From assembly GCA_019634385.1 (NCBI GenBank), contig JAHQVK010000069.1:22182-86181 (forward strand): DNA of 64,000 bases. Direction: 5' to 3'. The notes beneath the pieces are model-generated. The model was given only the letters and a program-made list of their open reading frames with translations. It was not told where the DNA came from and made no database searches. Shown piece by piece: positions 45,108 through 54,613 of the stretch. How positions within the stretch are numbered: position 1 is the first letter of the stretch; every line of letters starts with the position of its first letter. The stretch is from Myxococcales bacterium (GTDB taxonomy: Bacteria; Myxococcota; Kuafuiibacteriia; Kuafuiibacteriales; Kuafuiibacteriaceae). The translations under genes were made by a program, and so were the position numbers.

Positions 45108-45582
45108 TACGCCCTATCAGTTGGGATAGGTGGATAGAATAGCAGGTGGGTGAACACGCATAAAAACCCAGAGCCTCCCAGAATGGAGCGGCGGGGGAGT
45201 TAGGTTTCAGAAGATAAGCTCGAATATGCTCAAGGTACGGATCTCGCTGGTACGCTCGGTTGGCACATACTCTAATAAGTTGTGACCCGATCTGCCGGCG
45301 TCGAACCTTTTCGGAGACGACTATTTGGCTTATTGTCATCGCATCTGACTCTGGATAGCCGAGCGTTACATCTGCAATAGCAAAGGGTTGCTCGTTGATC
45401 CAGGCCACCATAATGAGGCGCTGGGGATCAGATGCTGCGGACCATGCGCGTTCCTGGCAGTTTTCGAGTTTACCGTTTGCGGGTAGTAAGAGGGGGTGGG
45501 CTTGATGGAGGAGTCGATCCATGGCTTGAAGGTGAGCCATTGAGGTCGTGAGCTTTAGCTCTTTGAAACGTACCACAGGCAT
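45073..45582 (-). CDS. GNAT-family N-acetyltransferase (putative)
   Basis: 169-aa ORF. IVVSEKVRRRQIGSQLI resembles GNAT motif A (Q/RxxGxG/A). The last roughly 11 codons and the TAG stop are encoded by repeat elements A and C. Confidence 0.55.
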   Translation of the reverse strand: MPVVRFKELKLTTSMAHLQAMDRLLHQAHPLLLPANGKLENCQERAWSAASDPQRLIMVAWINEQPFAIADVTLGYPESDAMTISQIVVSEKVRRRQIGSQLIRVCANRAYQRDPYLEHIRAYLLKPNSPAAPFWEALGFYACSPTCYSIHLSQLIGRIQQRPLDSLLI

Positions 45583-45588
45583 GCGGTC

Positions 45589-46305
45589 TCAGTTGAGGAT
45601 ACGGAGTAGCTCCAAACGAATCGGATCACCGTCTATAAGAACACCTTCGTAGGTTCGTGGGGGGCCTACGACTGGGGGGGTGCATACTGACGGAGCGCAA
45701 TCTTGTTGGACACACTCGACAGTCACGGCCTCCGTGCATGAGCTAGCTACGAGTAGAATGTTGTCGACCCACAGGGGCGTACGGCACAGGGGACAACACG
45801 GTTCCTGTTCGCAGTTGTCAGGGCTACAACTTTGTTCTCCGAGCGAAATACTTGCATTCGTTAGTTGCACAAGCTGGCCGTTGAGGCGTTTAGCTTGAGT
45901 TACTGCGGCCTCCACCGGTAACACTTCGGGTGGCTTGAGGAGATCGCAATTGTCGGGCTCCTCCTCAGTCGGCGTATCATCGTCGTCCACCGGTTCGGGG
46001 TTGGGGCCTTCGTTGGATGGAGGTGGGGGTTCAATCTTTCGGTCTGGGGTTTCGTCGGATGGCTCGAGGTCAATCACCCCACGGCCGCGGAGGATTACCG
46101 GCTGATCATCCTCTTCATTCATTGAGCCGGCACAGCCAGAAAAGAGAATGCTGAGAATGAGTACCCCCCGGATCCAGAATGTCTTTACATGAGTGTCTGC
46201 TTTGAACAGATATTCAGAAGTTGGTTGAGGTACCGTAGTCATCCCCCTAAGCCTGTTGAGAGGTGTTGAGCGCGAAGAGTGTTCGCCCCGCACGGTTTTG
46301 ACCAT
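45589..46305 (-). CDS. Hypothetical Cys-rich lipoprotein
   Basis: Lipobox ILFSGCAG, an acidic/Pro-rich linker, then a roughly 110-aa domain with about 12 Cys (CSPDNCEQEPCCPLC...). Start ambiguous (46305 or ATG 46242). Confidence 0.5.
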   Translation of the reverse strand: MVKTVRGEHSSRSTPLNRLRGMTTVPQPTSEYLFKADTHVKTFWIRGVLILSILFSGCAGSMNEEDDQPVILRGRGVIDLEPSDETPDRKIEPPPPSNEGPNPEPVDDDDTPTEEEPDNCDLLKPPEVLPVEAAVTQAKRLNGQLVQLTNASISLGEQSCSPDNCEQEPCCPLCRTPLWVDNILLVASSCTEAVTVECVQQDCAPSVCTPPVVGPPRTYEGVLIDGDPIRLELLRILN

Positions 46306-46317
46306 GTCGTTTTGATC

Positions 46318-47598
46318 TCATAACCTAATTCCGATGGACAGTGTAAAGCGATGGGTCCAACTATCGTCAAATGAGCCTCCCTTAGGTTCGAGGAGGGCTC
46401 GGTTGGTTGGAACAGCACGTGTGGCGCCGATGGCGCCAACGTAGCCTACATCAGTTCGAAGTAGGCTAAAGTCGTATCCCAAACCTAGAGCGAGCCGAAG
46501 CTCGTCCGCGGCAGCGGTTGTCCAATCGAGGGTTGCACTTGGTACAGGGCTGGCTGCCCACGCGGCGCCAAGCCGACCGGCAATTTTCTGAAATCGATAT
46601 TCAAGGCCGCTTTGGACGGTAAAGGTCGTGTGCCAGTTCCGTGTGATCTCTAGCGTTGTAGATGGGGTGAACTCGAGGTTTGTGTCGTTGAATGTATCCC
46701 AAAAAAGGATGTTGCCACTCACTTCGATGGTGAATGCTCCTTGTTCCCATGCGATCCCTGTCGAAAGCACGTGCGGAACGGAGACGTCGGTGATGACCTG
46801 GTTGGGTACCAGGGATAGCTCATCTAACGTAAGTTCTCGCTCGAACTCGAAGTCAACATCGCCTGTAAACGAAAGTTCCACGCCGGAGTGGAAGCTCGCT
46901 CCCAGTTTGATATGCCGCAGAACTTCAAGCTGGAGACCGAAGGTAGCCGCTACTCCGAAAGCGGAACTTTCTAAGGTCATTATACCCTCAGAAGGTAAAT
47001 CGGTAGCAGGAGCACCAATTTCTGCCAGGGGTTGGGTAATATTAAGCGTGGCGGGGATAATTGAGATTCCCAAGGCGACCGATATATTGTGATTGAGCTT
47101 CAGGGCGACAGTGGGGGCGAAGCTATACGCAACGAACTCATACCTGCGATCTGGCTCTGGTGATGAGGCTTCCCACTGGTATCGGTGGCTATAGGGTTGG
47201 TAGAATCCGAATCCTACAAAAGCTTTTTCAGAAAGACTACGAGATAGAAAGATATGGGGTAGCAATTCGGGGCTATTGGAGATTGCTTGGGCTCCAAACC
47301 CACTAAGGTCAGCAGAGCTGCCGGGAGAATATTTGGTGTCAGGTATTCGGGTTGTAAGTCCGACCAAGACTTCCGTGCCCTTGGTTGAGGCTAAGCCAGC
47401 AGGGTTGTAATAAATGGCTGATGGATCATCCACGGTGGCGGTCACAGCCCCAGCCCTAGCCATGTGACGGGCTGAAGGGGTGCCGCGCGGAAAGCCGGTG
47501 GCCCCGGCGATGGGACTGAAACAACAGCCAATTAGTAGGTAAATGGCAACGTAGTTTGCGCTGCGCGAATGAATACGTACATTCTTCCCGAAGATCAC
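46318..47598 (-). CDS. FadL/OmpP1 (Toluene_X)-family outer-membrane channel
   Basis: Signal peptide AIYLLIGCCFSPIAGA, then ARAGAVTATVDDPSAIYYNPAGLA (the family N-terminal motif) and alternating beta-strand pattern to the C-terminus. Start guessed at GTG 47598, because the track start at 47838 overlaps the upstream gene by about 200 nt. Confidence 0.65.
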   Translation of the reverse strand: MIFGKNVRIHSRSANYVAIYLLIGCCFSPIAGATGFPRGTPSARHMARAGAVTATVDDPSAIYYNPAGLASTKGTEVLVGLTTRIPDTKYSPGSSADLSGFGAQAISNSPELLPHIFLSRSLSEKAFVGFGFYQPYSHRYQWEASSPEPDRRYEFVAYSFAPTVALKLNHNISVALGISIIPATLNITQPLAEIGAPATDLPSEGIMTLESSAFGVAATFGLQLEVLRHIKLGASFHSGVELSFTGDVDFEFERELTLDELSLVPNQVITDVSVPHVLSTGIAWEQGAFTIEVSGNILFWDTFNDTNLEFTPSTTLEITRNWHTTFTVQSGLEYRFQKIAGRLGAAWAASPVPSATLDWTTAAADELRLALGLGYDFSLLRTDVGYVGAIGATRAVPTNRALLEPKGGSFDDSWTHRFTLSIGIRL

Positions 47599-47630
47599 TC
47601 GAGCATCGGGCTCTAGCACTTTGCGTGTGC

Positions 47631-48419
47631 TTAGACCACCCGATAGGCGTATTGGAGAACCAGGGCGAGAACATTGCAAAATGCATGAAAGATGACCGGA
47701 GCAATGAGTGATCCAGTGTGGGCATAGAGAGTGCCGAAAACTAGGCTGGGAAAGAAGGTTAATAGCCGGTTGGGATTGTACTCGCCTACGAAGTGAGCGA
47801 GGGCAAATATCCCGGAGCTGAGTGCGATAGCCAACCATGTCTTACGAGGACCAAAGGCGCGGGTGAACCGTTCCTGAAGATAGCCCCGAAAATAGAGTTC
47901 CTCGGGGCCGGCGATGATCGCAAATTCTGTGATCGCCCGTTCTAAGCCGTAAGGAGGGAGAGTGCCCATCCACGTTGCTCCCTGCTCAGTCATGGCGTAG
48001 TGGATCGCAAGGGTGTACCCAATTCCAAAGAGGAGGATGGCTGTACCTAGTGATGACCAAACCCGGCGCCATGTGTCGGGATTTAGGCCTAGTGATGTCC
48101 AACTCACCTTGTTGTGACCCAGTAGCCATAGTGGGCTGTACAACTGAAAAGCGGTGGCGAGCACAAGAATATGTCCAGACCACTCAGGCACCGCTTGTGC
48201 GGCGTGTTTAACAATGGTCAGCACCGTCAATATGGCGGCAGACGCCCACAATGCCTCTGTTAAGGGGGAAAAGGCAGGTACGGTGAGGGTGACTGATGTG
48301 TGGGGATCGTCACTCATTGCTCCCTCCATCCCTGAGCGTGAGCGGTTCGCAAGCCCGGTTGTTGGCTGGCTTCTGTCCATAAGGTGCACGTGTCTTGGGG
48401 CCGGCGGCCGGGCCGACAA
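47631..48419 (-). CDS. CPBP-family intramembrane glutamic endopeptidase (CAAX protease-like)
   Basis: Multiple TM segments with the family motifs EELYFRGYL, FALAHF and HAFCN. Confidence 0.75.
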   Translation of the reverse strand: MSARPPAPRHVHLMDRSQPTTGLANRSRSGMEGAMSDDPHTSVTLTVPAFSPLTEALWASAAILTVLTIVKHAAQAVPEWSGHILVLATAFQLYSPLWLLGHNKVSWTSLGLNPDTWRRVWSSLGTAILLFGIGYTLAIHYAMTEQGATWMGTLPPYGLERAITEFAIIAGPEELYFRGYLQERFTRAFGPRKTWLAIALSSGIFALAHFVGEYNPNRLLTFFPSLVFGTLYAHTGSLIAPVIFHAFCNVLALVLQYAYRVV

Positions 48420-48549
48420 CCCCGCTTGAATGTCTTTTCTTGAGTAACGTCCGAACTAGAGGGCTGCTCAAGGTTGCTATCATGGCCGCCGAGATGATGA
48501 CGATGACAACAGTGACGTTAGCTCATTCCATCAGCGGTTCCAAACCGGC

Positions 48550-49443
48550 ATGATAAGATCTGTACCGAGGACGAAACCAATGATGAAGCTGCTTACAAGC
48601 TTAGTAATGTTATGGGGTTCAACCTCAGCCTACGCTGCTGGGGTGGCGGCGAAGGATGTGTTTTGTAACGGGGTGTTACCCATGGATGACCATCCCAGTA
48701 CCGAACTTCGTGCTGGTGAGCGGCTTGAGTATAAGCTGAGCTTTAGTGGTATGTATCTCGGTAGGTTAGAACTTGCAGTAGGGGCCTTACGAAAGGTCGA
48801 AGGGCAGTTGGCGCTGCCCTTGGTGGGGCGACTTCGTACGAACTCGTTCGTTTCTGCTATTCGTCCGGTCGAGGGACGTTATATGGCCATGGTTGACCCC
48901 GGATCTCTCCAGCCATTCGGTGTCCGTGTGGAGTCTCAAGTGGGTGATGATCCCCGATGGGAGAAGATTCGGTTCACGAGCAATGGTCGACGGGTGGACA
49001 TAAGTTATTTGTACCAAGGTCAAGAAAGGCGGCGGGTCTACACTGGGGATCACACAATTGTTGAAGGGTTGTCGCTACTGCATATCGCACGACGGGTTCC
49101 GCTGCGCCCCGGCCTCACTGGGTGCCAAGACATTCTGTCTACTCGTCGGATGTGGCGGGTAAGAGCAAAAGTTCTGGCAATGGAGACGGTGGCTACACCG
49201 GCGGGGCCGAAGCGAGCCTATCGGGTCCGGGCGACGATGACCCAGCGTCGGCTTCGGCAAGGGAAGAAAAAGCCATTTTCGGTCGATATGGATATTCTTA
49301 TTGGGGACCTACCAGGCCGTCCGCCCCTGGCCTTCGAGATGCGTAGTACGAAGAGTCAAAAGGTTTCGGGCAAGGCTGACCTCATTCGGTGGAAACGGGG
49401 ACGTCGGACCACCGCTAAACGATCCCTAACTGGTCAGCTGTAG
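48550..49443 (+). CDS. Secreted hypothetical protein (DUF3108-like)
   Basis: Signal peptide LVMLWGSTSAYAAG. GERLEYKLSFSGMYLGRLELAVG resembles the start of DUF3108 beta-barrel proteins. Weak assignment. Confidence 0.45.
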   Translation: MIRSVPRTKPMMKLLTSLVMLWGSTSAYAAGVAAKDVFCNGVLPMDDHPSTELRAGERLEYKLSFSGMYLGRLELAVGALRKVEGQLALPLVGRLRTNSFVSAIRPVEGRYMAMVDPGSLQPFGVRVESQVGDDPRWEKIRFTSNGRRVDISYLYQGQERRRVYTGDHTIVEGLSLLHIARRVPLRPGLTGCQDILSTRRMWRVRAKVLAMETVATPAGPKRAYRVRATMTQRRLRQGKKKPFSVDMDILIGDLPGRPPLAFEMRSTKSQKVSGKADLIRWKRGRRTTAKRSLTGQL

Positions 49444-49477
49444 AAGACTATCAAACGGTCTTGGATTCCAAGTTTGG

Positions 49478-50635
49478 CTATCCACCCATGAGGATGACTA
49501 GGCACGAGCGGTTTGGGGACTGCACCCATCCGAATCCTACATGGGTGGTCGAGTCATCGAGTAAGCCATGGAGGTGAATAGGGCTTTCCATTAGCTGTTT
49601 CCAGGCTTTACCTAAGGTGGAGCCTATAGCGAGATTTTCCACCAGTTGCCCTTCAAAGCCCGCTCGGCGGGCTCGTTGCTCGGGATGAGTGCCCCCTGGA
49701 AGCTTGTGCAAAGCCCATCCCGCTCGACAGATGGTTTGAGCATGTTTGGTGGCTGCGTTGTGAAGGCGAGCATCTGGGAGTAGCCGAGGTTCCCCATAAT
49801 GCCGTCGAAGTTCCTTCAGCCAGCACATGGGGGGGGCAGAAGTGCGGCATGTAGGGGTGCTGATCTTGGGCCATCGACCAAGGGGTCGTTGTTCGCCAGC
49901 TCCGGCCCATATGCGCCGAATCATGGCTACCTCGGGGCCTAATCCTATGTCAGCGGTGAGTTCTAAGGTCCACCATCCGGCTTTTTGAGTGGCGAAAGTG
50001 GCGACGAACTGGTCTTGAGAACCTCTTTGGACATCTGCCTGCAAGGGGCGAGCGGAGCATTCTCCATGTTCTTCGGAGCAGGGTCCCATTTGCCACGCTT
50101 GAATTTCAATATTGGGGACCAAGGAGCGTCCCCGAATGCGAACCAGTGGTTGCCCGAGGCTGGTGGGGGGGGGAATGATCGAGAGAAGGCGGCGACCAAG
50201 GAGGACCACCACCCCTTTTGCGTTTTCTGCTACGCCGAAGTGGGTGAAACCTTGGTGCCGGCTGCTCGCGAGCACTTCCTTGAGCAGCCTTTTTCTACGC
50301 TGTTTGGCGTTGGTACCCAAAAGAGCGATCGGTTTGAGTCGGGTGACGTTGTCTCCATGACGTATGAGTGTCGCTCGGACAACATCGATTCGAGCAGCTG
50401 ATGGATTGTCGAGGATTTCTCTGAGATGGGTGGTGGCCACGACATCCATCGCTCGGTCTGGCCGTAGACCGGAGCTGGCCCGAACGATGGCAGAACTCAG
50501 CGAAAGGGCTTCGATGGGCAAGGTGTCGGCCTGGGCATGACAGTCTGTCAAAACGCTGACCACCAAGAGAGAGCTTAAGCACTCCCACCAGCCAGGGAGC
50601 GATGCGACCCACTTTTTTTTGACAAAGTTTAGCAT
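49478..50635 (-). CDS. Secreted protein with a C-terminal CAP/SCP (PR-1-like) domain
   Basis: 385-aa ORF with an N-terminal signal. The C-terminal LHNAATKHAQ...GTHPEQRARRAGF...ENLAIG...SPIHLHGLLD...HVGFG matches the bacterial CAP/YkwD-type pattern. Confidence 0.55.
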   Translation of the reverse strand: MLNFVKKKWVASLPGWWECLSSLLVVSVLTDCHAQADTLPIEALSLSSAIVRASSGLRPDRAMDVVATTHLREILDNPSAARIDVVRATLIRHGDNVTRLKPIALLGTNAKQRRKRLLKEVLASSRHQGFTHFGVAENAKGVVVLLGRRLLSIIPPPTSLGQPLVRIRGRSLVPNIEIQAWQMGPCSEEHGECSARPLQADVQRGSQDQFVATFATQKAGWWTLELTADIGLGPEVAMIRRIWAGAGEQRPLGRWPKISTPTCRTSAPPMCWLKELRRHYGEPRLLPDARLHNAATKHAQTICRAGWALHKLPGGTHPEQRARRAGFEGQLVENLAIGSTLGKAWKQLMESPIHLHGLLDDSTTHVGFGWVQSPNRSCLVILMGG

Positions 50636-50920
50636 CCAGTAGCTTCCATAGCCGTATTACCACTGTTGTTGGTGTTTTGACTGGTGACAGCGACGGGTTA
50701 GGATACATCGTAGATGGGTGTAAGTGACCACAAATGCTTGGGGTACCTTGAGCCCAATACCCGCGAATGTTGCCGAGAAGGTACATTATCGATTGATGGT
50801 TTTTCTGGCCTATAGCTTGCTGGGTACTTGAAGTGACCTCCAGAGCCTGTCAGATTCTAACCGCAGTCGAAGAAAGCGAAGCGAAGAACTGACTCGCTCA
50901 CAAGGCCAACAGGGAGACTA

Positions 50921-51580
50921 ATGATGTTCGGATTCACACGGGCGAAACGAAAGGGTGAGCGGTCAGACTTTGAGGCGCTGACTCTTGAGCACATGGATGC
51001 GCTGTACGGGGCGGCTCTACGCCTGACACGGAGCGCTAAAGACGCGGAAGATCTAGTTCAGGACACGTTCCTGAAGGCGTTTCGGTTCTTTGATAGCTTC
51101 GAGCAGGGTACGAACATCAAAGCCTGGCTGTTTAAGATCCAGACCAACACTTTCATCAACAAATACCGGCGTAAGGTCAAAGAGCGGGAGATCGCTGACT
51201 CTCCGGCGGAAGATTTGGTCATCGATCGGTTTGTCTCCGCGGATCAGGTGCGCGCACTCCAGGATCCGGAGGGCGATTTCTTTGGGCAATTGCTGTCGGA
51301 TGAAGTGGTTGGGGCCTTAGAGCAGGTGCCGGTCGATTTCCGCATGGTGGTGATCCTGGCCGACATCCAAGGATTCTCCTACAAGGAAATTGCTGATATT
51401 GTGGGGTGTCCAGTCGGGACGGTGATGTCGCGTTTGTTTCGCGGGCGACGGGTGCTGCAGAAACACCTCTATGACTATGCCGTTCGAGAAGGCGTCATAG
51501 ATCCAGGCGCCGACGAAGATGGAAATCCGGTGAGCTTAGAGGCATTCCGAGAACGTAAGAAATTGGCTGGTGGTCAATGA
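50921..51580 (+). CDS. ECF-subfamily RNA polymerase sigma-70 factor
   Basis: Region 2 is DLVQDTFLKAFRFFDSFEQGTNIKAWLFKIQTNTFINKYRR. The region 4 HTH is GFSYKEIADIVGCPVGTVMSRLFRGR. Confidence 0.9.
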   Translation: MMFGFTRAKRKGERSDFEALTLEHMDALYGAALRLTRSAKDAEDLVQDTFLKAFRFFDSFEQGTNIKAWLFKIQTNTFINKYRRKVKEREIADSPAEDLVIDRFVSADQVRALQDPEGDFFGQLLSDEVVGALEQVPVDFRMVVILADIQGFSYKEIADIVGCPVGTVMSRLFRGRRVLQKHLYDYAVREGVIDPGADEDGNPVSLEAFRERKKLAGGQ

Positions 51581-51918
51581 GGAGATAGTTGATACGAAAC
51601 CAGGTGCACTCAGCGTACGCTGTGTTCCTATTTGAGACTCAGACACCTGGTAATATGGGTTTCCCGCCCTGCTTGGTTGTACGGCGCCCCGGTTAGAACC
51701 CCACACGGCTCGGGTGGACCAATAAAATGTTCCATTGGTGGGTGTAATCGATAATCACTGTTGCCGGTCTGAGGCTCGGAATGTGCCGACTCATGTCGTA
51801 AATTCGGACTAACCGCTTGTCATGCGCTGGTTTGGTTGCTCAACTCTTAGATATACCAACGTTCCTTCGCGGGAAGGATTATTTTGCCTCGGAGATACGT
51901 TGGTTTGCCGTTACTTCC

Positions 51919-52683
51919 ATGAAGTGTCGTGAAGTCGATAGCTACGCTGAACTCAGCTTCGACGGAGAGCTTGATGCAAACGATCGAGCGGAGCTTGAAG
52001 AACACCTTCATCGGTGTCCTGCATGTCGCCGACGGAGTGAGTTGTCAGGGTGGCTTCACAGTCAGTTGAGAGTACGCCTAAGGGAGCAGGGCTTTACGGC
52101 TACGTTACCTCTGGGGCTAAAGACGCGAATTACTTCTCGTATCCGAGCGGATAGGGGTAGTGCTTTGCGGTGGAGTCATGCTGCGCCGCTAGTCCTGGGC
52201 ATGATGGCCTTCGGGATATTGGCTGCCGCTAATCAAGGCAATACAACGCCCTTGGATCCGGATGCGTCCGTGGAGCGTCACGCCGCGCAACTACCACTCG
52301 AGGTGCGAGCGTTTGGGGATGTACGGAGTGTGCGGAGGTTTCTTCGACAAAATTTTCGTCATCCGGTAGATTTTCCGAGGATCGAACGAACGTTACCGCA
52401 GCTGCGGCTTGTGGGGGCTCGTCTTGACCATGTGTCTAATCGAGAGGCTGCTTTGCTTATGTATGATAACCGAGGCGCTCGAGTTTCGTTGATGGTTTTT
52501 CCCTCACACCGGGTGCTAAGGCCCCCTCCTCGCTTTGAAGAAAAGCTTATCCATGGACACTCGGTGATTACCGGTCGCCATCGGGGATACAATGTTATGG
52601 CGTGGACCCGAGGCTCATTGGTCTATTCGGTTGTATCTGACGTCGACGAGCACGAGCTCGTGCATATGGTTCACGCTTTTTAA
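51919..52683 (+). CDS. Anti-sigma factor (zf-HC2 type)
   Basis: MKCREVDSYAELSFDGELDANDRAELEEHLHRCPACRRR is the Hx3Cx2C zinc anti-sigma motif, followed by one TM helix (APLVLGMMAFGILAAA). Start set to ATG 51919. Confidence 0.7.
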   Translation: MKCREVDSYAELSFDGELDANDRAELEEHLHRCPACRRRSELSGWLHSQLRVRLREQGFTATLPLGLKTRITSRIRADRGSALRWSHAAPLVLGMMAFGILAAANQGNTTPLDPDASVERHAAQLPLEVRAFGDVRSVRRFLRQNFRHPVDFPRIERTLPQLRLVGARLDHVSNREAALLMYDNRGARVSLMVFPSHRVLRPPPRFEEKLIHGHSVITGRHRGYNVMAWTRGSLVYSVVSDVDEHELVHMVHAF

Positions 52684-52737
52684 GTCATTGTTTAGCCTCT
52701 TGTGAAACCTTGATAAGTGTCCGTTTGACAGCTTGAA

Positions 52738-54477
52738 ATGGCCCACGTAGCTTCCTCAGAGATAATGTCCGGTCGGGCGCTCATTATTGATAGGGACACC
52801 ACTTTTGCAGACCAGCTTGCAGATGAGCTCAGTCGCGAGGGCTACGATGTACAAACGTGCGATACTGGTCGAGAAGGCATAGAGCATGCGAAGACTGATG
52901 AGCCTGACCTGATCGTGCTCTGTGTCGAGTTGGAGGATACTTCAGGATACTCAATCTGTGCCAAGATCAAGAAAGATATCCGACTCAAAAACATCCCACT
53001 GATAATAACCAGCGAGAGAGCTACCCAAGAGACTTTCGACCACCACAGAAAGTTAAAAACCCGTGCTCAGGCCTATCTTATGAAACCGTTCGAGCCATCT
53101 GAATTAATTGCTGAACTTAGGGGTTCGACGAGCACCGCTAAAGCTCTATCTTCATCGAATATGCCCCCTCCGTTGCCTCCTACAACCGGGAGTGTTGAGT
53201 TACCCGAAGTAGGTTTGGAACCCCTCGACGTAGACCCGGAGATGACCACGGATGGGGATGATATTGACTCCGATTTTGAGCGGACTCTGGCTTCGTATTC
53301 CAAAACCCTCCCGCGACCCATGGAGACCGAGGGCATTGGCTCCGGTATTAATCTGCGAGAAGAGTTCGATGAAGATGAGGTGCGAACGACCATTGGTACC
53401 CTTCCAGCGACCGTTCTTGAGCAGCCGGTAGTGCCTACGGACTACGATGACTCGTTGGATTCCGCTGATGACAGTGCCCTCGGAGAGTTAAAAAGCCGCC
53501 TATTCGATGTCGAACGGGAGCGGGATGATGCTCTTGCTGGAGAGCGCGCTCTCCAGGCACAGCTTGAGGCATTAACTGCAGGCCAGCAGCAGCTACCTAA
53601 CGGTGAAGCAAACCGAGAGCTGATCGCTACCAAAAAAGAGCTGAACGCCAAGGAACGTGAGCTTCTTGAGCTGCGAGACAATCTCCAGCAGCGAGATCGA
53701 CAACTGTTGGTAGCCAAAGAGAAAGAAGCTGAGCTGGAAGAGCAAATCTTTCAGGCCGATGAAGAACGATCGAAAGCTGATCAAGCTAGGTTAGAAGCTG
53801 AGGGACGCATCGCTGGAGCGGAAGCGAGGGCAGAGCAGATTGATCTGACTTCCAAGGCGACGATTAATGGCCTCCGAGAAGAACTAACCTCAGTTCGGGG
53901 CTCTCTTGACGATAGTGAAATGAACCTCAATTCGGCTCGTGAATTGGGTGAGCGCCTAAACGCTGATCTGGATGAGGCTCACGAGGTTATGGCCCAACGA
54001 GCTCAAACGATTGAGGAGCGCGACCAACAAATTGCCGAATTACGCTCAGAGCTCGATCAAACTCGTTCTGAGTACGAACAAACTAGTGCCGAACTAGAGC
54101 AAGTTCGAGGCGAACTTGATCAAACACGCACGCAGTTGACGCGCCGAGAGAACGAGCTCGAGGATTTCAAGGAACAGCAAGAGGGATTGATACGACGTCT
54201 GGAGGCGTCGGAGTTAGAGGGACGCAATCAGGCGCAGGTCATTGAATCGATGCGCCGGCAAATCTCGGGTCTCGAACGTCAACTAAACGAAGCTCGTCAG
54301 CGTCATCATGATGAGGCGGATATTAGAGACAAGGCGCGACGGGCGGTGGAGATAGGACTAAATCTCCTGAATGAAGCTGATTACCCGGAAAGTAGTTCCG
54401 ATTTAGCTAAAGATGTAGATGAACCGTCTACCGGTGAGACACTCTCTGAAAGTATTCACACAGACGAGCCCCTTTAA
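52738..54477 (+). CDS. Receiver-domain protein with a long C-terminal coiled coil (FrzS-like architecture)
   Basis: The N-terminal roughly 125 aa is CheY-like (RALIIDRD..., PLIITS, YLMKPF), then a Pro/acidic linker and about 300 aa of heptad-rich E/L/R/Q sequence. Cys62 sits where the phospho-acceptor Asp is expected. Confidence 0.75.
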   Translation: MAHVASSEIMSGRALIIDRDTTFADQLADELSREGYDVQTCDTGREGIEHAKTDEPDLIVLCVELEDTSGYSICAKIKKDIRLKNIPLIITSERATQETFDHHRKLKTRAQAYLMKPFEPSELIAELRGSTSTAKALSSSNMPPPLPPTTGSVELPEVGLEPLDVDPEMTTDGDDIDSDFERTLASYSKTLPRPMETEGIGSGINLREEFDEDEVRTTIGTLPATVLEQPVVPTDYDDSLDSADDSALGELKSRLFDVERERDDALAGERALQAQLEALTAGQQQLPNGEANRELIATKKELNAKERELLELRDNLQQRDRQLLVAKEKEAELEEQIFQADEERSKADQARLEAEGRIAGAEARAEQIDLTSKATINGLREELTSVRGSLDDSEMNLNSARELGERLNADLDEAHEVMAQRAQTIEERDQQIAELRSELDQTRSEYEQTSAELEQVRGELDQTRTQLTRRENELEDFKEQQEGLIRRLEASELEGRNQAQVIESMRRQISGLERQLNEARQRHHDEADIRDKARRAVEIGLNLLNEADYPESSSDLAKDVDEPSTGETLSESIHTDEPL

Positions 54478-54478
54478 T

Positions 54479-54593
54479 GTGCAGTAAAGACCCCTTGAAT
54501 GGATTCTGTAAGAATCAACAAGTGGTCCGCAGTTGGGGCATAGCCCGGCGTAGAGGCAGGAACTTGGGTTCAATCCAAGTGATTTCTGCTGTA
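54479..54593 (+). repeat. Family A repeat, copy A13
   Basis: gtgcagtaaagaccccttgaatggattctgtaagaatcaacaagtggtccgcagttggggcatagcccggcgtagaggcaggaacttgggttcaatccaagtgatttctgctgta. Lies between two convergent genes. Confidence 0.9.
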
Positions 54594-54613
54594 AAGGCTG
54601 CCGGGGAGTTGTG

